This document shows positions 1 through 9,046 of a stretch of 58,045 bases of DNA, piece by piece. The translations under genes and the position numbers were made by a program. Every line of letters starts with the position of its first letter. Position 1 is the first letter of the stretch. The notes under the pieces were generated by a model. That model searched no databases. It saw only the letters and a program-made list of their open reading frames with translations, and had not been told where the DNA came from. Source of the DNA: Candidatus Daviesbacteria bacterium RIFCSPHIGHO2_01_FULL_41_45 (GTDB lineage: Bacteria > Patescibacteriota > Microgenomatia > Daviesbacterales > UBA10151); NCBI GenBank assembly GCA_001776975.1, contig MFCS01000029.1, forward strand, positions 1-58,045. Direction: 5' to 3'.

Positions 1-2
1 TA

Positions 3-617
3 GACGCTAAGATTAAGCTTGACGATGATGCCAAATTTAGACATGAAGGTTGGGACTATTCGCCCAGACTAGCTCCTGGACACACCCCAACAACATCAGA
101 GATAGAGGCTAAAAAAATTGATGAGGGTGATTATCGGGGTACTGCCGGATCAGCTTATTTTGATTTGGATGGGGACATTGCTATTTTGTCTTCCGGTGGT
201 GGAGTATCCTTGACTGCCATGGATGCTTTGATTAAGTGTGGCGGTAAGCCGGCTAATTTTACTGAATACTCTGGTAATCCACCTCGGGAGAAGGTGGTGA
301 AATTAACCAAAATTGTTTTATCTAAATCAAACATTCATGGATTGTGGATTATTGGTACGGTAGCTGCTAATTTTACTGATATCTATGAAACATTAATGGG
401 GATTATCGATGGATTAAAAGAGGTGGAAAAAGAGCTCAATACGAAGTTTAATTTTCCGATTGTCATCAGGCGTGGTGGCCCTAGAGAAGATGAGGCATTT
501 GCAGCTCTAAGAGAGGTCAAAGATTTTAATTTAATCTTACAAGGAGAGGAGGTAAGTATCTCAGGGTCAGCTAAAGTAATGGCAGAGAAAGCTCAAGAAT
601 ATGCTAATAATTCCTAA
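3..617 (+). CDS. ATP-citrate lyase beta / citryl-CoA synthetase large subunit (5'-truncated by window edge)
   Basis: Frame is open from position 3 (DAKIKLDDDAKFRH...). Motifs SSGGGVS, ANFTEYSGNP, AANFTDI and IRRGGP match the ACL citrate-binding domain better than SucC (NGAGLA/ANFLDVGG). Confidence 0.8.
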   Translation, partial: DAKIKLDDDAKFRHEGWDYSPRLAPGHTPTTSEIEAKKIDEGDYRGTAGSAYFDLDGDIAILSSGGGVSLTAMDALIKCGGKPANFTEYSGNPPREKVVKLTKIVLSKSNIHGLWIIGTVAANFTDIYETLMGIIDGLKEVEKELNTKFNFPIVIRRGGPREDEAFAALREVKDFNLILQGEEVSISGSAKVMAEKAQEYANNS

Positions 618-1500
618 GGGAGCAAAGGTTTTGGGTCAGGGAATTACCGGGTCAGAGGGATCCCGGGCGGTGCCGTGGATGAAGCAATATGGCACAAATT
701 TAGTAGCTGGTGTTACTCCTGGCAAGGGCGGGACTGAGGTTGAAGGAGTGCCAATTTATAACTCGGTGCAGGAGGCTGTTGAGGCTGTGGGGAGTATTGA
801 TGTAGCTATCCAATTTGTTCCAGCTAAGTTTATGAAAGCAGCCCTGATTGAGGCAGTAGATGCGGGAATAAAGTTACACATTATCCAGGCTGAGAAGGTG
901 CCAACCCAGGACACTGCTTTTGTGGTAGCTTATGCCAAGGGAAAAGGAGCTACCATTATTGGTCCCAACACCGCCGGATTAATCTCCCCTTCTAGGCAGT
1001 TAAAACTAGGATTAGTGGGGGGAGGAAACCCCACCAAGATGTTTATGCCTGGTAATATAGCCGTGCTTTCCAAGTCTGGCAGTATGGCAGCTGAGATCTC
1101 GCTCCAACTCAAAAAAGCCGGGTTGGGGGTCTCCTGGGCTATAGGTATTGGGGGGGATAGAATAATTGGCTCAGATTTTGTGGATTTGATGCTTGATTTA
1201 GAAGAGGATCCGGAAACAACAGCCTATGTATTGTTTGGTGAGCTAGGGGGGACTTATGAGGAGCGGGTGGCCGATTATGTAAAATCCGCTCAGATCAAAA
1301 AGCCAGTAGTTGCCTTTATCGCCGGCGAGTTTACAATGAAATTACCCTCCGATGTTCAATTTGGACACGCTGGTGCTATTATTGAGGGGGATAAAGGACG
1401 TCCTGATCACAAAAGACAGGTTTTAAGAGAGGCTGGGGTAAAGGTAGCAGATGATCTGGATCAGATAGTAGCACTTGTGAGAGAATCAATTAATGGCTAA
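601..1500 (+). CDS. SucD-like CoA-binding subunit (citryl-CoA synthetase / ACL alpha N-terminal part)
   Basis: [34 protein letters not shown] and the phospho-His motif FGHAGA. Confidence 0.85.
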   Translation: MLIIPKGAKVLGQGITGSEGSRAVPWMKQYGTNLVAGVTPGKGGTEVEGVPIYNSVQEAVEAVGSIDVAIQFVPAKFMKAALIEAVDAGIKLHIIQAEKVPTQDTAFVVAYAKGKGATIIGPNTAGLISPSRQLKLGLVGGGNPTKMFMPGNIAVLSKSGSMAAEISLQLKKAGLGVSWAIGIGGDRIIGSDFVDLMLDLEEDPETTAYVLFGELGGTYEERVADYVKSAQIKKPVVAFIAGEFTMKLPSDVQFGHAGAIIEGDKGRPDHKRQVLREAGVKVADDLDQIVALVRESING

Positions 1501-2116
1501 AACAGCGGACAATTTAGATTTATTAAATAGAGCAAGTTCTGTAAAGTTTTCAGATTTAATATTTGAGACTTTAAGTGAAAAGACTCCTACTGAGCAGGAG
1601 TCTAAACTGTTTGAGTTAATTTTAAACCTCTCAATTGACCATGGCCCGGATACTCCATCAGCAACTAAGGTAATTGAGACAGCTAAAAGTGGTCTGACTA
1701 TTAGTCAGGCTGTAGCAGCTGGGATTACCGAGATTAATGATACTCACGGTGGAGCAGCAGAGCCTTTGATGGAGATTCTGTATCAAATTCAAAGTTCAAA
1801 ATTCAAAGTTCAAAATTTAATAGAGGAATATTTAAGAGAAGGAAAGAGGTTGCCGGGGTTTGGGCACAGACTGTATAAGGATGTTGATCCAAGAGCGCAG
1901 TTAATTCTTACAAGTATAGAGTCTGAGTTTAAGGGGATTGTCTTAGAGATGGAATCAGAGCTGGAAAAACAAAAAGGAGTTAAGCTACCAATTAACATTG
2001 ATGGGGCTATAGCGGTAGTTTTATGCTCCTTTGGTTGGGAGCCAAGATTGGGGAAGGCAGTGTTTATTAGCTCACGAGCCTCCGGGTTGTGCACTCACTA
2101 TTTAAATAATAGTTGA
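1493..2116 (+). CDS. Citryl-CoA lyase (citrate synthase-like small protein)
   Basis: DHG, HGGA, LPGFGHRLYKDVDPR and PINIDGAIA motifs; 207 aa; overlaps the upstream gene. Confidence 0.85.
   Translation: MAKTADNLDLLNRASSVKFSDLIFETLSEKTPTEQESKLFELILNLSIDHGPDTPSATKVIETAKSGLTISQAVAAGITEINDTHGGAAEPLMEILYQIQSSKFKVQNLIEEYLREGKRLPGFGHRLYKDVDPRAQLILTSIESEFKGIVLEMESELEKQKGVKLPINIDGAIAVVLCSFGWEPRLGKAVFISSRASGLCTHYLNNS
1788..1815. repeat. Tandem 7-bp repeat (TTCAAAR)x4 inside the citryl-CoA lyase CDS
   Basis: ttcaaag ttcaaaa ttcaaag ttcaaaa, within the segment encoding QIQSSKFKVQN. Confidence 0.85.
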
Positions 2117-2190
2117 CAACTGCACCATTTTAGTAGTTCAATATACAGGTTAGATGAGTATCTTTGTTAGGCAATCGAATACATTTCACC

Positions 2191-2291
2191 CTAAACCCTG
2201 CATTTATGCAGGCGTTTCTGGTGTGTGATGTAGTGTGACTGCATCAAGCGCATCAGGAACCGCCATGATAGGCGGTTTTTTGATGGTTTAG
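2191..2291 (+). ncRNA. Candidate structured RNA / cis-regulatory leader
   Basis: Three hairpins (2197-2212, 2216-2258, 2258-2277) enclosed by ctaaacc/ggtttag. Family not recognised. Confidence 0.35.
2258..2281 (+). terminator. Intrinsic terminator-like hairpin
   Basis: aaccgcc-atgata-ggcggtt ending in a T6 run (2276-2281). Confidence 0.55.
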
Positions 2292-2307
2292 TAGAAAGGG
2301 AAAAATT

Positions 2308-2625
2308 ATGTCTATTGGTCCAGAATTTATAGCAGAAAATATGGGGTATTGGCTAAACTTGCCTGTTTTGATTGAGAGGAATAGATCCGACGAAACAGAG
2401 TTAATTCCTGGTGTTGTTTCTAGTATAGATCCAGGTAAGGGCAAGGTATTAATCAGGGGTTTAATTGAAGGGGTGGAATATGCTGCTCCTCTGGAGTTGT
2501 TACGATCTGGTCGAGCTTGGAGTAGGAAAGGACACTTAAGGTACAGTCTCTTACCTCAATCCAGAGGGTTTGTTTCTGATCGTGGTAGTGGTAGCTTGAT
2601 TCCTGGAAACTTGTGGGTAGAGTAA
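2308..2625 (+). CDS. Hypothetical protein
   Basis: 105-aa ORF with an SD-like gaaaggg upstream; no recognised motif. Confidence 0.55.
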   Translation: MSIGPEFIAENMGYWLNLPVLIERNRSDETELIPGVVSSIDPGKGKVLIRGLIEGVEYAAPLELLRSGRAWSRKGHLRYSLLPQSRGFVSDRGSGSLIPGNLWVE

Positions 2626-2665
2626 GGGTTAAAAAGTTGTCTATTTCTGGTATACTCTCCTTGTT

Positions 2666-3658
2666 ATGAAAAGAATTTTAACTGGGGATCGGCCAACCTC
2701 CGGCAGTTTTCATTTGGGTAACTATGTTGGTTCTTTAAAAAATAGAGTTAATCTGCAGGACGAGTATGAGACATACATATTGGTGGCAGATCTACACGCC
2801 CTAACTACCCACTTTAATAAAACAGAGACTATCCGAGAAAATATTAAGGGTCTAATGTTGGGGTATCTATCTATTGGGTTAGACCCTCAAAAGGTAACAT
2901 TTGTGCTTCAATCTGGCATACCGGAGGTGACAGAATTAGCTTATTACTTAGGAACTATTACCCAAAGGTCAGTATTAGAAAGACAGCCGGCATTAAAGGA
3001 AAAACTAGACCAAGGCGCACAAGATACCTTTGCCCTATATTCTTATCCAGTATTAATGGCAGCAGATATATTGTTACCTAAGGCCAACTTAGTTCCAGTA
3101 GGCAAGGATCAAAAAGCTCATGTAGAGTTTGCCCGGGATATTGCTATTAAGTTTAACAACTTATTCGGTGAAACCTTCCCTATACCAGAGCCTTTAATTG
3201 GTGAGGTGTCAACTCTGCTAGGTACTGATGGGCAATCTAAGATGGGAAAATCTTTGGGTAATGCTATTTTTTTAACTGATTTTACTGAAGAGGTGGAAAA
3301 GAAGGTGATGAGTATGTATACCGACCCTAATAGAGTTCACCCAACAGATCCTGGTAATGTTGAAGGAAATCCGGTCTTTATCTATCTGGATGCTTTTGCT
3401 GAGGATAAAAACAAAGAACCGATAAGCGATTTTAAAAAGCGCTATGAGACAGGACAGGTAGGAGATGTTGAGGTTAAAAAGTACCTGATACAAGTTTTAA
3501 ACAATTTCCTGGATCCAATACGCACAAAGCGTGCTGAGTTTGAGAGTCATCCAGAGCTAGTGATGAGAATTCTTAAAGAGGGAACCCAAAAAGCCAGAAT
3601 TGAGGCTCAAAAAACACTGAGTGAAGTTAAAAAAGCCATGAAGTTAGATTACTTCTAG
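2666..3658 (+). CDS. trpS: Tryptophan--tRNA ligase
   Basis: TGDRPTSGSFHLGNY (HIGH), YPVLMAADIL, VPVGKDQ and KMGKS (KMSKS). Confidence 0.97.
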   Translation: MKRILTGDRPTSGSFHLGNYVGSLKNRVNLQDEYETYILVADLHALTTHFNKTETIRENIKGLMLGYLSIGLDPQKVTFVLQSGIPEVTELAYYLGTITQRSVLERQPALKEKLDQGAQDTFALYSYPVLMAADILLPKANLVPVGKDQKAHVEFARDIAIKFNNLFGETFPIPEPLIGEVSTLLGTDGQSKMGKSLGNAIFLTDFTEEVEKKVMSMYTDPNRVHPTDPGNVEGNPVFIYLDAFAEDKNKEPISDFKKRYETGQVGDVEVKKYLIQVLNNFLDPIRTKRAEFESHPELVMRILKEGTQKARIEAQKTLSEVKKAMKLDYF

Positions 3659-3668
3659 ATTAAATAAG

Positions 3669-4007
3669 ATGATCTCCTATGATGATTTTGCCAAATGTGA
3701 GTTTAGAGTAGGGACGGTTGTTTTGGCTGAGGAGATTGTTGGATCAGATAAACTATTAAAACTACAGGTGGATTTTAAAGAAGAGCAGTTAAGACAGATT
3801 CTCTCGGGAATTAAACAGTGGTATAAGCCATCCCAGCTAATAGGCAAACAATTTGTTTTTATTACCAATTTAGAGCCAAGGGTGATGATGGGGTTAGAAT
3901 CAAAGGGGATGATTCTTTGTGCTGACCTTTCGACAGACTTAGGGCAAGCAAAACCCATTCCTTTAAAGCCCACCTCTAAGGTGCTGCCTGGAACAAGAAT
4001 CAGGTAA
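3669..4007 (+). CDS. Stand-alone tRNA-binding OB-fold protein (MetRS C-terminal / Trbp111-like)
   Basis: ISYDDFAK, DKLLKLQVD, RQILSGI, NLEPRVMMGLESKGMIL and PGTRIR. Confidence 0.9.
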   Translation: MISYDDFAKCEFRVGTVVLAEEIVGSDKLLKLQVDFKEEQLRQILSGIKQWYKPSQLIGKQFVFITNLEPRVMMGLESKGMILCADLSTDLGQAKPIPLKPTSKVLPGTRIR

Positions 4008-4049
4008 TACACTTGTGGTGGGGTGTAATCTGGTATAATCTCCAAGCTC

Positions 4050-5933
4050 ATGGCAAACGGTAGAAAGAAGTTTCCCCAAACAAGATTAGTTAATCTCTTA
4101 AAAGGGATGGGGGTCTATGTATTAGTTGGTCTGGCTGCACTGCTATTTTTTACTAACCTCTCAGGCGGAACGAGTGGTGGTGGAGATCAGGTTCCGATAT
4201 CTAAAATTGTTACTGATATTAAAGATGGCAAAGTAGATAAACTTGAGCTGGAAAACGAACGAATTGTAGTTTTCTATAAAGGAGATAATAAGCAGGTAAT
4301 CTCCCGTAAAGAAGCAGGAGAGTCTATCTATAAGATCTTGGAGTCATCTGGTGTTGATCCAAAAACTGTTGGCATTGAGGTTAAAGACACCTCGCTGCAG
4401 CAAGCTTGGATGTCAATCCTCGGCACACTACTACCAATAATACTGATGGTGGTATTTTTCTTTTTTATCTTCCGCCAAGCCAAAGATGCCGGTAGTTCAA
4501 TCTTCTCTTTTGGACAATCTAAAGCCAAAGTTTTTTCTAAAGACGCTCCGCAGATCAAATTTACTGATGTGGCTGGTGTTGAGGATTCCAAAAAAGAGCT
4601 GCAGGAAGTGGTGGAGTTTTTAAAGACTCCCGAGAAGTTTAAGGCTTTGGGAGCTAGAACTCCCAAAGGAGTGTTGTTAGTAGGGCCAGCGGGTGTAGGC
4701 AAAACTCTTTTAGCCAGGGCAGTAGCTGGGGAGGCTGGGGTACCATTTTTCTCGATTGCTGGATCAGAATTTATGGAGATATTGGTAGGGGTAGGAGCAG
4801 CTAGGGTTAGGGATATGTTTGCCACCGCCAAAAAATCTGCCCCCTCAATTATCTTTATAGATGAGATTGAGAGTATTGGTAGACAAAGAGGGATGGGAGG
4901 ATTTTCTGGTGGACACGATGAGCGTGAGCAGACGCTAAACCAGATTTTAGTCGAGATGGATGGCTTCAGCCCTAACGAAGCGGTGATTGTGATTGGGGCT
5001 ACCAACCGTCCAGACATGCTTGATGTTGCTTTAATTAGACCCGGCCGTTTTGACCGTCGGGTTACCTTGGGTTATCCGGATTTGGAAGAACGTAAGGCGA
5101 TCATTAGTATTCATATGAGAAACAAACCTTTTGAAAAAGATGTAAACATGGAACGGATTGCCCGCCGGACGATAGGCTTTACTGGCGCTGATTTGGCAAA
5201 CATGTTAAATGAAGCAGCTATCTTGGCTGCCCGTGAAGATAAAAAAGCTATTGATAATCAGGACTTGGAAGAGGCTGCCACTAAGGTTAAGTTGGGACCG
5301 CAAAGGAAGAGATTACAGTCCGATGAAGACCGAAAATTAGCTGCTTATCATGAGGCTGGCCACGCTGTTGTGGGACATTACTCACCTCATGTTGACCCAG
5401 TGCATCGGGTGACGATCGTGGCGCGGAGTATGAGTGGCGGACATACCTCTTTTCCTCCCACCCATGATAGAAACAATGAGTCAAGATCAAGGTTGCTAGA
5501 CCAGATAGCTACAGCCATGGGAGGACAGGCAGCGGAGAAGCTAGTCTTAAAAGATATCTCTACTGGTGCCTCTTCAGACTTGGAGATCGCTACCTCAATC
5601 GCTCGGGCTATGGTCATGGATTATGGGATGAGTAATTTGGGTCCGATATCGGTGGGATCAAAATCCACCTTTGGTTGGATGAGGATGGCGGATGAGGGGG
5701 GTAGCATCTCAACAGAGATGTTAAATAGGATTGATATAGAGGTCAAGAGGATCTTGGATGAAGGGTATAAACAAGCTGAAGGGATACTAAAAAGACACCG
5801 AACCAAGCTGGATAAAGTAGCCAAAGCCCTACTGGAGATAGAGACATTGGACACAGAGGAGTTTGAAAAAATTGTTGGCAAGAAACTAATTCCCCAAGGA
5901 ATTTCTACCACCCCTTCTCCGGTATTAAGTTAA
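4050..5933 (+). CDS. ftsH: ATP-dependent zinc metalloprotease FtsH
   Basis: Two TM segments, Walker A GPAGVGKT, IIFIDEIE, RPGRFDR and HEAGH. Confidence 0.97.
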   Translation: MANGRKKFPQTRLVNLLKGMGVYVLVGLAALLFFTNLSGGTSGGGDQVPISKIVTDIKDGKVDKLELENERIVVFYKGDNKQVISRKEAGESIYKILESSGVDPKTVGIEVKDTSLQQAWMSILGTLLPIILMVVFFFFIFRQAKDAGSSIFSFGQSKAKVFSKDAPQIKFTDVAGVEDSKKELQEVVEFLKTPEKFKALGARTPKGVLLVGPAGVGKTLLARAVAGEAGVPFFSIAGSEFMEILVGVGAARVRDMFATAKKSAPSIIFIDEIESIGRQRGMGGFSGGHDEREQTLNQILVEMDGFSPNEAVIVIGATNRPDMLDVALIRPGRFDRRVTLGYPDLEERKAIISIHMRNKPFEKDVNMERIARRTIGFTGADLANMLNEAAILAAREDKKAIDNQDLEEAATKVKLGPQRKRLQSDEDRKLAAYHEAGHAVVGHYSPHVDPVHRVTIVARSMSGGHTSFPPTHDRNNESRSRLLDQIATAMGGQAAEKLVLKDISTGASSDLEIATSIARAMVMDYGMSNLGPISVGSKSTFGWMRMADEGGSISTEMLNRIDIEVKRILDEGYKQAEGILKRHRTKLDKVAKALLEIETLDTEEFEKIVGKKLIPQGISTTPSPVLS

Positions 5934-5983
5934 TTGTCTAAATGATATGTGATCCGTTATAATCGTGAGACGATTACAAATAC

Positions 5984-8125
5984 ATGAAAAAATTGGTCTT
6001 GATTGATGGAAACGCGCTATTACATCGGGCCTATCACGCCACTCCGCCACTGACCACCTCCAAAGGTGAGCTAGTTAATGCTGTTTATGGGTTTACGCTA
6101 CTTTTGCTTAAGGCAATTGATGATCTAAAGCCAGATTATATCGCTGTGGCTTGGGATATGAAGGCGCCCACCTTTAGGCACACTCAATATGCAGAGTATA
6201 AAGGCAAAAGGATCGCAGCTGATGAAGCATTGAGTAAACAATATGATCGAGTATTTGAAGTCCTCAAAAACTTTTCCATCCCCGAGTTTAAACTTCCTGG
6301 ATTTGAAGCGGACGATCTAATAGGGGCTTTAGCTAAGCAGGCAGTCAAAAAAGACAGCTCTTTGGAGGTAGTTATCTTAACTGGTGATAAGGATATTATG
6401 CAGCTGATTAATGCCCATGTTAAGGTGATGATGCCTAGAAAAACTATTCAGGATGTCGGTTTGTATGGAGAGGAGGAGTTTAGATTGAGGTTTGGCTTTT
6501 CACCAATTTTACTAATTGACTACAAGGCATTAGCTGGAGATAACTCGGACAATATCCCCGGCGTGCCTGGAATAGGGGAGGTTAGCGCTACTAAGTTAAT
6601 CCAAAAATATGGCTCTTTTGAGGGTATTTATGCTCACTTAGCTGAATTGCCAGATAGAACGAGAAAGCTATTGGAGGAAGGTAAGGAGATGGGGGTGAAA
6701 AGTAAACACTTGGCCACGATTGAAACGGAGATTCCCATCAAGTTAGATCTACAATCTTGCCTGGTTCATGAATTTGATCATTCTAAAGTGATCAGTTTAT
6801 TTACAGAGCTAGAATTTAAAAGTTTAATAAAGCGAATTCCTGGCATATCAACTGTTTTAGCGGACACTCCAACCAGTCAAAATAGTGGAGTGACTGCAGA
6901 TCTCGATCGTCAAGTGGGTAAGGTTTTAAAAAAAATGTCGGAACATGGCGTACTGTTAGATTTGCAGTTTTTGAATAGACTTGGTAAGGATTTAAAGGCC
7001 CAATTAGAGAGTATTGAATCTCAAATTTACTCACAAGTTGGCCATCAGTTTAATCTTAACAGCCCAAAACAACTATCAGTAGTCTTATTTGATGATCTAA
7101 AGTTACCAGTTATTAAAAAAACTAAAACTGGCAGGAGCACCAATGAGGAAACATTGATGGAGCTGTCAAACGCTCATCCAGTAGTCCCGTTGTTGTTGAA
7201 ATATCGGCAGCTGTTTAAGTTGGTATCCACCTATATCGATGCTCTGCCTCGGTATGTGGCTCAAGATAAAAGAGTGCACTCAACCTTTAATGTAGAAGGG
7301 GCAGCTACCGGAAGATTGTCCTCTCAGGATCCTAATTTACAAAATATTCCTATCCGGGGCACCCTCGGCGCCGAGATCAGAAAAACCTTTGTAGCTCCTA
7401 GAGGAAGAATTTTACTCGGAGTAGATTACTCACAAATAGACCTGCGGATTATGGCGCATTTGGCGGATGATCCAGGCTTAAAATCTGCTTTTCAGCAGGG
7501 AGTTGATATTCATGCGGTGACTGCGGCGAGAATATTTAAAGTTCCACTTGAGGAGGTTACTAAAGAACAGCGGGGGGTGGGAAAAACCATGAACTTTGCC
7601 ACTCTATATGGCCAAGGACCGCACGCCTTATCAAAGCAATTGGGGGTAGATTATGCAACTGCGAAAGGATATATCGATCTGTACTTCAATGAGTTTCCTA
7701 ATGTTAAAGCCTGGATGCAAAAAACCCTGGAAAGAGCCTATCAGGATGGGTATGTTGAGACTTTGTGGGGGAGAAGAAGGTTTATTCCTGAGTTGCAGGC
7801 ATCCAATCGGATGATGAAATCATACGGAGAGCGGGCAGCGGTTAATCATCCGGTTCAAGGGACGTCGGCAGATATGATTAAACAAGCGATGGTAAAAATT
7901 GACGCTGTGTTTACTAAGAAAAAACTTGACTGTATTTTAATTTTACAGATTCATGATGAGTTGTTATTTGAATGTGATCCAGCCTGTCTGGAGGATGCAG
8001 CTTATATAATTCGCGAAGAGATGGAGAGCTCCCTAGAGCTTTCAGTACCAGTGGTAGCAGAGATTAAAAGTGGTCCCAATTGGGGTGAGATGGTGTCTTT
8101 AAAAATTGAACAGCTAAAGACTTAA
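5984..8125 (+). CDS. polA: DNA polymerase I lacking the 3'-5' exonuclease domain
   Basis: 5'-nuclease motifs (LIDGNALLHRAYHA, EADD, GDNSDNIPGVPGIG), then directly the polymerase motifs TGRLSS, DYSQIDLR, KTMNFATLYG and QIHDELL; 713 aa. Confidence 0.95.
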   Translation: MKKLVLIDGNALLHRAYHATPPLTTSKGELVNAVYGFTLLLLKAIDDLKPDYIAVAWDMKAPTFRHTQYAEYKGKRIAADEALSKQYDRVFEVLKNFSIPEFKLPGFEADDLIGALAKQAVKKDSSLEVVILTGDKDIMQLINAHVKVMMPRKTIQDVGLYGEEEFRLRFGFSPILLIDYKALAGDNSDNIPGVPGIGEVSATKLIQKYGSFEGIYAHLAELPDRTRKLLEEGKEMGVKSKHLATIETEIPIKLDLQSCLVHEFDHSKVISLFTELEFKSLIKRIPGISTVLADTPTSQNSGVTADLDRQVGKVLKKMSEHGVLLDLQFLNRLGKDLKAQLESIESQIYSQVGHQFNLNSPKQLSVVLFDDLKLPVIKKTKTGRSTNEETLMELSNAHPVVPLLLKYRQLFKLVSTYIDALPRYVAQDKRVHSTFNVEGAATGRLSSQDPNLQNIPIRGTLGAEIRKTFVAPRGRILLGVDYSQIDLRIMAHLADDPGLKSAFQQGVDIHAVTAARIFKVPLEEVTKEQRGVGKTMNFATLYGQGPHALSKQLGVDYATAKGYIDLYFNEFPNVKAWMQKTLERAYQDGYVETLWGRRRFIPELQASNRMMKSYGERAAVNHPVQGTSADMIKQAMVKIDAVFTKKKLDCILILQIHDELLFECDPACLEDAAYIIREEMESSLELSVPVVAEIKSGPNWGEMVSLKIEQLKT

Positions 8126-9001
8126 TTTCTTAACATCTCTTTTTTCAATTGTGAATTTAGTGTACCCAGTTTTTTCGAGGATCAAAAAAGTCAACCAGAG
8201 TAATGGAGAAACCAAGAGAGACAATAAGGAACTAAGAGAGTTTAGAGAAAGAAAAAATAACCCAGTTAGTGCCAGAGGAATAAAATCTTTATACGGATTT
8301 ATTAAGCTATCAATTTGTGATTGTAGTGCTGTTTTCATAAGATTCGTACCTGGATTGCGGTTAGTTTGAGAAGCGGTTGGTTTATCAAGCTGATCCAGAA
8401 CTTTAGGATCTAGACCATATTGTTTAAGCATCTCAGGATTTTGACGCAGGAGCTGAGTCTGTTCGGACTCAGATGATGTCTGAGGTGCCAATTGCAGAGC
8501 CTGATCTATTAAAGAATCAGGCAGTTTAAATCCTTGGGATTTTAGGTGAAGTGTTGTTAGTTGGTAATAGGCCAGAGAGCTGGTCAAGATAACTAAGGCA
8601 ATTAATAATTTTACAAGGGGAGCTAACAACTCAGTCGGCTGAAAAGTTAAGTAACTTGTTAGCTTGGGGGAGAGGAGCACAAAGCTAACAAGCAAAGATA
8701 TAATTAAACAAACAGTTGCTAGATAATTTGCTGGCGCTGTCAGGACAAAAAGCGCGGTTAATCCCAGTAATATTACAGCAGGTAGGATAAATTTCCAGTC
8801 ATTTGCTAGGGTAGCAAAAATTATATAGCAAGTAGATCCTAATATTAAAAATCCTAAGACCCAAATTAGTTTTATAAAGTTACTAAAGTTTAGGGAAAAT
8901 AATAAGTATGGATCGGTTATAAAGTTTTGGATGGACCAAAAGAATAATAGAAAAAAAACTAAGGCAGGGATAATAAAAAAGATCTTTTTGGCTAGTTCCA
9001 T
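8114..9001 (-). CDS. Hypothetical multi-pass membrane protein
   Basis: 295 aa with about 6 hydrophobic segments and a soluble loop. Confidence 0.75.
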   Translation of the reverse strand: MELAKKIFFIIPALVFFLLFFWSIQNFITDPYLLFSLNFSNFIKLIWVLGFLILGSTCYIIFATLANDWKFILPAVILLGLTALFVLTAPANYLATVCLIISLLVSFVLLSPKLTSYLTFQPTELLAPLVKLLIALVILTSSLAYYQLTTLHLKSQGFKLPDSLIDQALQLAPQTSSESEQTQLLRQNPEMLKQYGLDPKVLDQLDKPTASQTNRNPGTNLMKTALQSQIDSLINPYKDFIPLALTGLFFLSLNSLSSLLSLLVSPLLWLTFLILEKTGYTKFTIEKRDVKKLSL

Positions 9002-9007
9002 CTAAAT

Positions 9008-9040
9008 AGTGTAGCACTATTTACCATAGTCAGGTACAAT
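9008..9040. promoter_or_regulatory. Back-to-back -10 boxes, each 6 nt from a start codon (leaderless-type)
   Basis: Minus-strand TGcTACACT (9008-9016) before ATG 9001; plus-strand TACAAT (9035-9040) before ATG 9047. Confidence 0.6.
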
Positions 9041-9046
9041 TCTTAT

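Noticed and set aside
3..1500. Plain succinyl-CoA synthetase sucCD
   Set aside because: The beta-subunit motifs are ACL-type and a citryl-CoA lyase gene is coupled downstream.
4328..5017. 229-aa antisense ORF in ftsH, and similar antisense or nested ORFs elsewhere (e.g. 3677-4051, 22700-23023, 44511-44954, 56744-57082)
   Set aside because: They mirror or nest inside well-supported genes and show no independent motifs.
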